This document shows positions 49,582 to 57,997 of a DNA stretch of 63,847 bases, one piece after another (the first letter of the stretch is position 1; the number at the start of each line of letters is the position of its first letter). The stretch comes from a virus (Duplodnaviria; Caudoviricetes). The notes under the pieces were generated by a model that was not told the origin of the DNA, ran no database searches, and saw nothing but the letters and a program-made list of their open reading frames with translations. Made by a program: the position numbers and the translations under genes. The stretch lies in IMG/VR virus record IMGVR_UViG_3300025608_000522, positions 1-63,847 of that record; one strand, given 5' to 3'.

Positions 49582-50264
49582 CGTGGTGCAAACTCCTGTT
49601 GTAGTTTAATGTTATCAAAGAACTCTTTCTTTGTAGCAGGATCGTCTTTGAATGAACCCTTTAGCACAGTTGTCTGTGTAAGACTACTATGTGCCATAAT
49701 GCCACGATTCTCACAGCAACCATGTGTTGCTTGAATGTACACACCTAAGTTAGTTGCACCAGTCGAGTATGCAATTTCACGTGCAATATCATTTGCAAGT
49801 TCTTCTTGCAGTGTACCGCGTCGAGCGCACCACTGTGCAATACGTGTGTACTTGCTTAGTCCAATAAGTTTATCTGCGGCAATAATACCAATGTATGCAA
49901 CACCGCTTACTGGCTGATGATGGTGGCTACACATGCTCTTTAGTTCTGAACGTACCACAAGCATACCTTCATAGCGATCTTCTGAGTCATTAGGAAATGC
50001 AGTTGCATCTGGACGATAGTCATAACGTCCTGCCATAATCTCATTAAAGTACATCTTAGCCAGTCGACGTGCTGTACCTTGCGAATTAGGATCAGTATAT
50101 CTATCAATGATTAGTGTGTCTAGTACAGTTTCAAATGCTTCTGTAGCTTCGTCAATCAGTTTTTCTTTGTCTCCGCTCTGTAGCAAGCGAGCAATGTTGT
50201 CGCCAGCCCAGTAACGCTTGTCTGCGTTCTTACAGCGTTCAATAATTTCTTCGTATTTCTTCAT
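49578..50264 (-). CDS. folE: GTP cyclohydrolase I
   Basis: TARRLAKMY, SMCSHHHQP, IGLSKYTRIA, LQEEL, ATHGCCENRG. Confidence 0.95.
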   Translation of the reverse strand: MKKYEEIIERCKNADKRYWAGDNIARLLQSGDKEKLIDEATEAFETVLDTLIIDRYTDPNSQGTARRLAKMYFNEIMAGRYDYRPDATAFPNDSEDRYEGMLVVRSELKSMCSHHHQPVSGVAYIGIIAADKLIGLSKYTRIAQWCARRGTLQEELANDIAREIAYSTGATNLGVYIQATHGCCENRGIMAHSSLTQTTVLKGSFKDDPATKKEFFDNIKLQQEFAPR

Positions 50265-50321
50265 TTAGTTCTCCGAGTTAAAGACGAGGATGTCATAAAA
50301 AATGGTACACTCATATTATTA

Positions 50322-50350
50322 AGTATACCATATATTTAGGTTTTTGTCAA
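50322..50350 (-). promoter_or_regulatory. Sigma70-type promoter TTGACA-N17-TATACT with extended TG
   Basis: -35 at 50350-50345, -10 at 50327-50322; upstream of folE. Confidence 0.75.
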
Positions 50351-51165
50351 CAATTTTTTACAAAAGGTATGAATTTTTTTGCAATTAGTTCGTGTGTTGA
50401 TTTAGGATAGTGTTCGCCGTCTGTAGTTTCTGTTTCAATATCAATATTTTCATTTTCTATTAACCATGCCTGGGCACTGATATCTACAGGATGACAACGT
50501 TTTAAAGGACCAAAGAACTCTAAATGATCCGGCATATAAACTCTATCATTCATGCTCCACAAATACCAGTCAACACCGTAGTCATTACACATGTTATCAA
50601 TGGCATAAATGTCTGTACAATACTCTCTATACTGTAAGTGTGTTGCACTTTCATGCCACAACTTTGTATATGGATACTTTTCGTGAAACGGCCCCCATTC
50701 GGCTGTTGTGCCTAATTCATTATATTCGAACCCTTTAAATTGTTCAAACAACTCAGTTCGACACTGTTCAACTAGTTCTACATAATCTTCCGAAACTCTT
50801 TCATCAGTCCAACGATGAATATTTTTATCATTTGTTGCCGGAGGCGTGTTAGGACCGCAACTAAAATGATTTGCTTTCATTCCGTCACCAACATCAAGCT
50901 TGCGACTGCATGCAAGAAGATAACGATTCCAGTAAGTGCTTTGAATAAAAACTTCGTCAATGTCTTTATAGTAGTCAAACATTGCACGTAACCAGATAGG
51001 ATATTTTTTATTACATGCACCAGGCTGTGCATAAATGACTACTTCTTTGTCATTTTCCTTGGCCCAAATCTCTGCATAGTTAGCATCAGTCCACCACTCT
51101 AATCCAGCATCGGACTGATAATAACCTGTAGTATGACTGTCGCCGATAAAGAGTGTTCTGCTCAT
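50347..51165 (-). CDS. SGNH-like hydrolase/acyltransferase
   Basis: FIGDSHT block I; terminal DGEHY (DxxH). Confidence 0.6.
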   Translation of the reverse strand: MSRTLFIGDSHTTGYYQSDAGLEWWTDANYAEIWAKENDKEVVIYAQPGACNKKYPIWLRAMFDYYKDIDEVFIQSTYWNRYLLACSRKLDVGDGMKANHFSCGPNTPPATNDKNIHRWTDERVSEDYVELVEQCRTELFEQFKGFEYNELGTTAEWGPFHEKYPYTKLWHESATHLQYREYCTDIYAIDNMCNDYGVDWYLWSMNDRVYMPDHLEFFGPLKRCHPVDISAQAWLIENENIDIETETTDGEHYPKSTHELIAKKFIPFVKNC

Positions 51166-51368
51166 TATGATTTAAAATAAGTATTAAGTACTTCTAACTG
51201 ATCATGGTACTCTGCAATCGCATTTAATTCTTTTTCAATAGTATCCATAATATCTGAATGTTCACCTACTCCAACAGGGTTATTTAGGTAAACCTCAACA
51301 TTCATGCGATGTTTTTCAATATGTGCAACCGCATGATTTTTTAGTGCGTTAATCATTTCTTCTCTCAT
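51165..51368 (-). CDS. Small hypothetical protein
   Basis: 67 aa, NVEVYL.NPVGVGEHSDI motif. Confidence 0.7.
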   Translation of the reverse strand: MREEMINALKNHAVAHIEKHRMNVEVYLNNPVGVGEHSDIMDTIEKELNAIAEYHDQLEVLNTYFKS

Positions 51369-51380
51369 TGTATGTCCTTT

Positions 51381-51782
51381 CTAACAACCATCACCGTAGA
51401 CAACATCGCCTACAATTTCTTCTGTATTTAGATTATCCTTTTTGTAATTTCCTTTTTCTGGAATTACATGTCTTACTCCGCCACGCGGATCATCCATATC
51501 ACCTTTGCGTCTTGGAATAAGGTGTACATGCGGATACATAACTGTTTGTCCTGCTTCTGTTCCTATATTCTGTCCGATGTTAAAAGCATCACAATAGCCT
51601 TTTTGTACCCATTCATAACCCCATCCGTATGCAGCTTTGTAGCATTTAGCAAGATGATCCCAATCTTCTACTTTAGGAACGAAAAGAACATGTCCTTCTG
51701 TAACTGGATATCCGTCTTTAAATACAGTATAATCTCGGGTATCAATTAATACATCTGTCCAAGGAGTATCTTTAAATTCCAC
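51381..51782 (-). CDS. HIT-family nucleotide hydrolase
   Basis: DGYPVTEGHVLFVP, FNIGQN.G..AGQTVMYPHVHLIPRR.GD (first triad His replaced by Tyr). Confidence 0.9.
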   Translation of the reverse strand: MEFKDTPWTDVLIDTRDYTVFKDGYPVTEGHVLFVPKVEDWDHLAKCYKAAYGWGYEWVQKGYCDAFNIGQNIGTEAGQTVMYPHVHLIPRRKGDMDDPRGGVRHVIPEKGNYKKDNLNTEEIVGDVVYGDGC

Positions 51783-52338
51783 CTACGTTCTCCCAAGGAT
51801 ATACAAGCCAAACAGGTTCTTCAGCTTTGTTAACTTCGTGTGTATAATATCGTACACCACCAAATTCACTTGACAGATTTTCTGTAATAACAGCAAAGCG
51901 CACGTTAGGATTAGCACCTTCCCACACAGCGTTCCAAGCATTGTCTTCGTTGGGAAAGCAACTGCTCTGCCAGTCTTGCTTGATCCAGTTAAACGTAGCT
52001 CCAGTATCGTTGATGTCGTCTACTATAAGAATATTTTTACGTTTCTTATTATCCCAGCGACTTTTAATAAGTTCACGTTCTTCTTCATCTACATAACCAA
52101 ACGCATCCTCACTCATCCAAAGATTACTTTCTGGCCCCATACTGTCATCACGCAAACTAACCTTTAGTGCTTCACAACGAACGTCCAGCATGTTGCTGAG
52201 AATGGTAGCAGGAATGTTGCCGCCTCGTGTAATACCTACAATGTAATCAGGACGCCAGTTGTCCTTATACATCTGTAGTGCAATGTGTACACAAGCCGCT
52301 TCTACGTCTTGCCACGAGTAATAATGTTTCTTAATCAT
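51772..52338 (-). CDS. Purine phosphoribosyltransferase (Gpt/Hpt-like)
   Basis: IVGITRGG, ILIVDDINDTGAT PRPP loop, WLVYPWE. Confidence 0.85.
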   Translation of the reverse strand: MIKKHYYSWQDVEAACVHIALQMYKDNWRPDYIVGITRGGNIPATILSNMLDVRCEALKVSLRDDSMGPESNLWMSEDAFGYVDEEERELIKSRWDNKKRKNILIVDDINDTGATFNWIKQDWQSSCFPNEDNAWNAVWEGANPNVRFAVITENLSSEFGGVRYYTHEVNKAEEPVWLVYPWENVGGI

Positions 52339-52613
52339 TTAAGCATCTCCAAACTTGCAATTTTACTAATCTTTTCACCAAAGTCTTGATCTTTAGTAAC
52401 AATGTAGGTAGATGTGTCACTGCGATCAGTCTTACGATCATATCGTCTAAACTCCACAACTTGTCCGCCTACTGCTGAGAACACACGAAAGTTTAACACA
52501 GGTTCGGCCTCACAAATTTGTGCTTCTACATCACGACTAGCGGTAAGTTTCATACTAACTTCATTGTCGTAATCGTTAATCCAGTTACGGAGTTTTCTTT
52601 TCAACCACTTCAT
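52335..52613 (-). CDS. Hypothetical protein
   Basis: 92-aa coupled ORF. Confidence 0.65.
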   Translation of the reverse strand: MKWLKRKLRNWINDYDNEVSMKLTASRDVEAQICEAEPVLNFRVFSAVGGQVVEFRRYDRKTDRSDTSTYIVTKDQDFGEKISKIASLEMLK

Positions 52614-52858
52614 TTCAATGCCTCAAATGTTTTGTACTTTTCTAGAGCACGTTCGTACTCGTCCTTTAGTTCTCGTAGTCGAGGATACTTGGCTTCCATG
52701 TCTACATCACGCTTTAATAATAACAGAGCATCACGCATTTCGTCAAGCTCTTGCAGTATGTCTCTATCTTTTATGATAGCACGACCGTCTACTATAAGAG
52801 TGTGGTCTACAGGAAATGTACTTTCATAGAAGGTGATATCAGAAAGGGATGTCGTCAT
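52610..52858 (-). CDS. Hypothetical protein
   Basis: ATG 52858 with GGAG RBS; KYPRLREL motif. Confidence 0.6.
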   Translation of the reverse strand: MTTSLSDITFYESTFPVDHTLIVDGRAIIKDRDILQELDEMRDALLLLKRDVDMEAKYPRLRELKDEYERALEKYKTFEALK

Positions 52859-53210
52859 CAATCTCTCCTGCTTTTTTCTTGCCTTCGTAATCTTGTTTAA
52901 CCATGTCGTAAACACTCTTGAAGTTCCTCCATACCTTTTCTAAACTCGGATACTCTTTACACATACGTTCAACTTCATTAGGATCTATATTCATATTATT
53001 GTAGATCCAATTAATATCAATAGTATCCGCTGTGTCTGTAATAGTAAAAGTATCACCTACACCTGTAGTATTATCTGACCAGTACGTTGTAGTTGTACCG
53101 TATGTGTCGTCTAAGTTAATAGTAATAGTATCGTCGTCCATTAGTCCGCTCAGATCCAATTCGTCAATATTAATTGCACTTTCAAAGTCAGTCTTCTTTG
53201 ATTGCGTCAT
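52839..53210 (-). CDS. Hypothetical protein (acidic Thr/Asp-rich)
   Basis: ATG 53210; EYPSLEKVW motif. Confidence 0.6.
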   Translation of the reverse strand: MTQSKKTDFESAINIDELDLSGLMDDDTITINLDDTYGTTTTYWSDNTTGVGDTFTITDTADTIDINWIYNNMNIDPNEVERMCKEYPSLEKVWRNFKSVYDMVKQDYEGKKKAGEIDDDIPF

Positions 53211-54279
53211 ACAGTGCCGCTCCACTAAAAAATTCTTTGTTTAATCGAGTACGTTGCTTGTCTAAACTTACTAGATAGTCGTTGTAGTTTTCCATATAGT
53301 CGCGAATCTTAGCAACAAGCTCTCCGCGATATGTAATGTAACTACTCCAATCTTCTGTCCACTTGCTCGGATACTTAAACTCAGGTAGTGCCATTTCACT
53401 GTAGCTTAGTCTATCTGGAACCATAGGAATAGCATTAGTAATAGCGCCTTCGTACCAACTAATACCTAGCGTTTCCTGCAAGTTAGCTGAGAACACCAAC
53501 TTTGCTTCACCTAACAAGTTGTGATATTCGTTCTTAGTAAGTTCACGTTCTTGACACACAACAAACTCATACTCAGGTAGATGCTGTGCAAGGTCACGGA
53601 AGATGTCTACTTGTTTCTCAGGAGCAATACGATGCGGGAATAAAATAACATCACGCTTTTCCATACCACTGTAAGATACAAGGCTATCACGCAAATACTC
53701 CATAGGCCAACCTACACGAGAAATACGATCTTCTTCACCGTTGAGTGCTTCTTCTACCATGTCTTCAACATACGGATCGTCTGCAAATAGTGTGCGTACA
53801 AACATCTCAATGTGAAAGTCTGTAGCAAAGAAGTTGTCGTCGTATGTATAGTACATGCTCTTTTCAGCATGTCTTACCCAAGGTGCATCTCCTATGAGAC
53901 GACCCAAGAAGTCGTGAGGATCATAACTACCAGCATGCCAAAGACCACCGATTCCAATGTCGATCCCAAGGAGTTCAGCCATGTAGCGCAACTGGATAAC
54001 AGTTGGGTTCCACGCATCCGTATATAGGAAATAATCTCCATCTTTAATTTCTCCGTTACAAAACATCTCGCCAATCTGTTCGAGCTGTTTCGATTTATAA
54101 ACGTTAGTACCACCGAAGTTAAGGAAAGCCCCAGGCGTAGTTGCCTGAGGCGTTTCCCCACCACTGATGACTTTAACAGTATTACTCGTAGCACGTTGCA
54201 GTTGCTTAGGCAAGTGCTCTTTCCACTGTTTAGTATAACGAGTGTCAACTGCTTCGATATCTACGATGTAAACTGTCAT
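53188..54279 (-). CDS. GT-B (group 1-like) glycosyltransferase
   Basis: FPHRIAPEKQ, QETLGISWYEG...PMVPDRLSYSEM (E-x7-E), WHAGSYDP. Confidence 0.8.
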   Translation of the reverse strand: MTVYIVDIEAVDTRYTKQWKEHLPKQLQRATSNTVKVISGGETPQATTPGAFLNFGGTNVYKSKQLEQIGEMFCNGEIKDGDYFLYTDAWNPTVIQLRYMAELLGIDIGIGGLWHAGSYDPHDFLGRLIGDAPWVRHAEKSMYYTYDDNFFATDFHIEMFVRTLFADDPYVEDMVEEALNGEEDRISRVGWPMEYLRDSLVSYSGMEKRDVILFPHRIAPEKQVDIFRDLAQHLPEYEFVVCQERELTKNEYHNLLGEAKLVFSANLQETLGISWYEGAITNAIPMVPDRLSYSEMALPEFKYPSKWTEDWSSYITYRGELVAKIRDYMENYNDYLVSLDKQRTRLNKEFFSGAALYDAIKED

Positions 54280-54524
54280 TACGCACTCCTACGATTACGC
54301 TTGTCAAAACGAGGCTTATCGCCACGTGGTTTGTCCTTAGGAGGACGTCCGTACTTAAGGTAGTTTTGATAGGCACGCCACTCATAACTACGCATGTTGT
54401 ACAAATTAGCTTCGTCAAATTTGAAGCTATCGCGAAAACCTAGCAAATATGCGTAGGCACAAAAATCACGAAACTTATCAAGTTCACTGAAAATTTCGTT
54501 TACTGAAGGGACATTGTATGCCAC
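54279..54524 (-). CDS. Hypothetical protein
   Basis: GTG 54524 with GAGG RBS; FRDFC...FDEANLY motif; basic tail. Confidence 0.6.
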   Translation of the reverse strand: MAYNVPSVNEIFSELDKFRDFCAYAYLLGFRDSFKFDEANLYNMRSYEWRAYQNYLKYGRPPKDKPRGDKPRFDKRNRRSA

Positions 54525-54537
54525 TTTATTTTTCCTC

Positions 54538-55014
54538 TTATTGTTTGGGGTAAAAAATAGAACAGCCATTTTCGTTATCTTCAGCTACGCTGATCTCTAC
54601 AAAGCGGCCGGGGTACTTTGCAGCGATTTCTTCATACAAGTCATCTGCGATCATTTCACAGCTCTTGTGGTTAAGCTCTAGTACGCCTTCGACGTCATAG
54701 AGTCTTTGCATCCAGCGTTTAAACTGAATGAATTCAATGTCGCGATCGTTGTGGAACACTTCAATACGAACACGAAAGTGAAAGATATGACGATGTGGAA
54801 TACCAAGGAAACTTACGTCATCCCAATCGCCTGTTGCTAGTTTAGGATCAGTATCTGCGCCTGGGTACATATGTACACCTTCTTTAGCGAAAGTTACCCA
54901 AATACTACGTTCTGCTGTTGTCATGGGTACATTAATAGTTGTACTTGCTTCTGTCATTTTAGCGTCTTCTTCTCTCATTCTACGTAACATGTAATCGTGA
55001 TAGCGTTCTTGCAT
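54538..55014 (-). CDS. dpdL: QueD-like T-fold protein, candidate CDG decarboxylase DpdL
   Basis: EGVH, LGIPHRHIF (LxxxHRHxF), DRDIEFI, SCEMIA, EDNENG; lacks the QueD CxxxHGH catalytic Cys. DpdL assignment rests on my recollection of that motif and needs an HMM check. Confidence 0.6.
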   Translation of the reverse strand: MQERYHDYMLRRMREEDAKMTEASTTINVPMTTAERSIWVTFAKEGVHMYPGADTDPKLATGDWDDVSFLGIPHRHIFHFRVRIEVFHNDRDIEFIQFKRWMQRLYDVEGVLELNHKSCEMIADDLYEEIAAKYPGRFVEISVAEDNENGCSIFYPKQ

Positions 55015-55023
55015 TGTCTCTAT

Positions 55024-55052
55024 AGTATACTTTCATTTTAATACTTTGTCAA
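55024..55052 (-). promoter_or_regulatory. Sigma70-type promoter TTGACA-N17-TATACT
   Basis: -35 at 55052-55047, -10 at 55029-55024; upstream of the T-fold gene. Confidence 0.7.
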
Positions 55053-55551
55053 GGCCATATTTAGACCAATCTGTAAACTTTTCTCTATCCATCAGATCGT
55101 GCAAGCTATGACACCAAACACCTGGGTTAGTTGCCTTAAAGTCTACATCATCAATTTTTACCATTGTGTTGTAGTTCCAAAGTTTCGTGTAAGGCAATGG
55201 AACACGAATTTGCGGAATAAAGTTATCGTACTCGTTCAAACATAAGTCATTAAACATCTCAACAACACTAAGTGGAATATCTAAACTACACAGTTTGCCC
55301 GATACTAGAAATGCTTTGATCATATTTTCCCAAGCATCCCACTCACTATTTTTAAATGGTTTAAATGAGTGATTAGCACCAAAGAAGATATGTTCACACT
55401 GTTCTTCATCGTAATGTTTTTGTATAACATCACAAGGTTGCACACCTGTAACAAACAGTGTTTTCATTCCGTATGCAGGCGTCTTTTCAACTTCTACACC
55501 TGTAAAGAATGTTACACTGTCTGCTGTACCTGTTTCGTAATCTCGTTTCAT
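55033..55551 (-). CDS. Hypothetical protein in the deazaguanine locus
   Basis: 172 aa; GVEVEKTPAYGMKTLFV, HIFFGANHSF, KIDDVDF.ATNPGVW. Confidence 0.7.
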   Translation of the reverse strand: MKRDYETGTADSVTFFTGVEVEKTPAYGMKTLFVTGVQPCDVIQKHYDEEQCEHIFFGANHSFKPFKNSEWDAWENMIKAFLVSGKLCSLDIPLSVVEMFNDLCLNEYDNFIPQIRVPLPYTKLWNYNTMVKIDDVDFKATNPGVWCHSLHDLMDREKFTDWSKYGLDKVLK

Positions 55552-55757
55552 TTTAAACCTAGCTGAATAAGTTGTGAGTTAATTCGGTGCATTTCGTCTT
55601 TTAAGTATAACTTCATTGTCTTCATACGTCTAGCTTCTTCTGTAGCTGACTCGTTATTATAACGTTCTAACAGATCGTTGTCAATCTTTCTGTGTTTGCG
55701 TTCGAGCTCTTCGTAGTGCGCTAGAAGTTTATCTTTTTCTTCACTGTAGTTGCTCAT
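55548..55757 (-). CDS. Small coiled-coil protein (DUF465/YdcH-like)
   Basis: LERKHRKID...MKTMKLYLKDEM pattern. Confidence 0.55.
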   Translation of the reverse strand: MSNYSEEKDKLLAHYEELERKHRKIDNDLLERYNNESATEEARRMKTMKLYLKDEMHRINSQLIQLGLK

Positions 55758-57438
55758 CTAGTTTCTCCAACTTAGTTTCTTCCTCTTCAGAGAATACACC
55801 GTCTTCATGCTCGTCTTCGGGCTCAGGTTCTTCTACATCAAAAAGAGCGTTAAAGTGTGTACTAGCGTTTACAGTCTTTTTACCAATTGCACCTCTAGTA
55901 CCCGGTATAGCCATCCAAAATTTAGAATATTCTTCTACTTTTTGTAAGGCTTCTTCTTTGTTGTCAATTGCGAATATTTCTTCCACAACATCTCTAAATA
56001 GAATCCTGTCAAAACGCTCTTGTACAAGCATTTTTGGAATGACTCCATTGTCGTATTGTCTGTTCGCTTCTTGTACTGCATTAATATGACTCCATACGTT
56101 ATGACCCATTTGGATCGCATACGAAAAACTATCCCACGATGTTTTTCCTTCTTTGCCTATCTTGTTTAAGTCTCCAGGAGCATAAGTGCAAACGTCTGAT
56201 ACTTTGAGTTCAGCGGTAAGTGGACTGTCTTCAAAGTTTTTAAATACCCCATCTGATATAACAGCGTCTCTAAAGATTCTGTTGTCTGTAGCATATTTCT
56301 TATCGTCAACGCTCGGCACCATTCGATATGTCCATTTCGACCGATCCTCTGTTTCATTCTGGATGTAAATCTGTCCGTTTGCGGTTGCGAGGAAAGGACT
56401 AGCACAGTCAAAGGTAATAGTAAAGTCTTCATTATAGTTTTTCCGTACAGCACGTTGAATGTCAGTAAGCAAACAAGCCCACTCTAACTTTGATGTTCCT
56501 AGGAAGTGCATTACATCATGCACACCTTTTTGTAATAGATTGTCAAAGTGTAGAGTAACCAAACGTTTAAGCACCAAGTGTACATCGCACATATTCTGTC
56601 CACCCATTGCCCAGCCATTAAAGTGATTGTCGGGATACAGTGCAGGATCACAATAATCTTTTACTTGACTGTACCAGTCATCTGCTTCTGCGTGATTCTC
56701 ACCTTGTAATACATTTAAGAATTTACAGTTGCCGTTGCGATGTTTCATCCAGTATTCGTTGTTGTACTTAGATGCATTAACAGCGTCTTGATATGAACTA
56801 ATACCAGTAGCTTCACGTCCTGCAGGACTACGACATACCCACGCAGGAATATCAAGGATCATACCATAGTCCATATAAGCATCCATCCAACGGAGAACTG
56901 CATCACGCTTTTGTTGTGCAGCATCTAACCGTGCCTGATACAACTTAGCATGATCCACTTTAGACATCTTTGGATTGCCGTTTTTGTCTAGTCTAGGATT
57001 ACCAGATTCGTCTAGTTGTGGAACTAGCTCAACACCTTTTGCTATTGCTTCTGCCATTCTTGCGGCAACTTCAGTACCATTAGGATCACGCCACTCGCCT
57101 TCCCATACACCTTTACCAATCTGGAAGCCACCTGAGTCACCTAAGATCCAACTGTTTTCTCTATCTCTATTACGCACCATGTCTTCTTTAGGCACATCTT
57201 TAGTAGTATCTAAGTCAGCATGTCCTGCTGAGTACAGTGTCCACTGATATTGGAACTGTCCTTGTTGTTGATTGAGATAGTTTAAACTTTCGCAGCCGTG
57301 AGTAAAATTGCTAGGAATACGAGACTTATCCACATATTCGTCGAAACGCTGTTTGCCTACGTAAGTGGCATAGAAACCACTTAGTGCAGGCAAGAATCTA
57401 GCGTAGTCTTTTTGTTCTGCGGTTAAGTCTTTATTCAT
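55741..57438 (-). CDS. dpdA: TGT-fold guanine transglycosylase, DpdA-like
   Basis: LGDSGGFQ (catalytic Asp), MILDIP, LNVLQG, GWAMGG, HFLGT, FDCASPF, terminal HN; same arm as folE/queE. Confidence 0.75.
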   Translation of the reverse strand: MNKDLTAEQKDYARFLPALSGFYATYVGKQRFDEYVDKSRIPSNFTHGCESLNYLNQQQGQFQYQWTLYSAGHADLDTTKDVPKEDMVRNRDRENSWILGDSGGFQIGKGVWEGEWRDPNGTEVAARMAEAIAKGVELVPQLDESGNPRLDKNGNPKMSKVDHAKLYQARLDAAQQKRDAVLRWMDAYMDYGMILDIPAWVCRSPAGREATGISSYQDAVNASKYNNEYWMKHRNGNCKFLNVLQGENHAEADDWYSQVKDYCDPALYPDNHFNGWAMGGQNMCDVHLVLKRLVTLHFDNLLQKGVHDVMHFLGTSKLEWACLLTDIQRAVRKNYNEDFTITFDCASPFLATANGQIYIQNETEDRSKWTYRMVPSVDDKKYATDNRIFRDAVISDGVFKNFEDSPLTAELKVSDVCTYAPGDLNKIGKEGKTSWDSFSYAIQMGHNVWSHINAVQEANRQYDNGVIPKMLVQERFDRILFRDVVEEIFAIDNKEEALQKVEEYSKFWMAIPGTRGAIGKKTVNASTHFNALFDVEEPEPEDEHEDGVFSEEEETKLEKLDEQLQ

Positions 57439-57994
57439 ATTTCCTCCATATCCATGTATCGCCGTAACAGCTCATTTGTTCTTTTATGCTGTTTTCTTCT
57501 CTAAATTGATGTACAGCCTGTTGTACCATCGGACTATTCCAATCGTGGCCTGAAAATAGTCCTCCAAGTTTTACTTTGTTGTACCAGGTATTTAGATCAT
57601 TAAGTATACTTTCGTAATCAATATAGGCATCTAAGAACACAAAATCTAAACTGTTATTGTCAAATAGTTTTACTGCTTCGTTGCAGTCTTGTTCTAATAT
57701 CTTGCCTCTAGAAGTTTCACCTGACCATTTAAAGTTATGTTGAGCTTGTATCTTAACTAGCTCTATACTTTTCTCGTCGACTTCCATAGGCATGGCACCT
57801 ACATAATCAGTATACGGCTTCCATTGGTCGATTCCGTAAAGCATTTTAACATTAGGACAGTTTTGTAGGATTGTACAAAAGCTTTCAGCTCTAAATAATC
57901 CTACTTCAACTCCTTCAATGTCGTTTCCGTGCAGTGCTATACAATGTATAATAAATTGTACGTCTGCACGATAGTCTACAAAATCGTAGTTCAT
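57431..57994 (-). CDS. Class I SAM methyltransferase (Methyltransf_24-like)
   Basis: GVEVG, YGIDQW, LDFVFLDA, KVKLGGLFSGHDW. Confidence 0.8.
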   Translation of the reverse strand: MNYDFVDYRADVQFIIHCIALHGNDIEGVEVGLFRAESFCTILQNCPNVKMLYGIDQWKPYTDYVGAMPMEVDEKSIELVKIQAQHNFKWSGETSRGKILEQDCNEAVKLFDNNSLDFVFLDAYIDYESILNDLNTWYNKVKLGGLFSGHDWNSPMVQQAVHQFREENSIKEQMSCYGDTWIWRKYE

Positions 57995-57997
57995 CTA

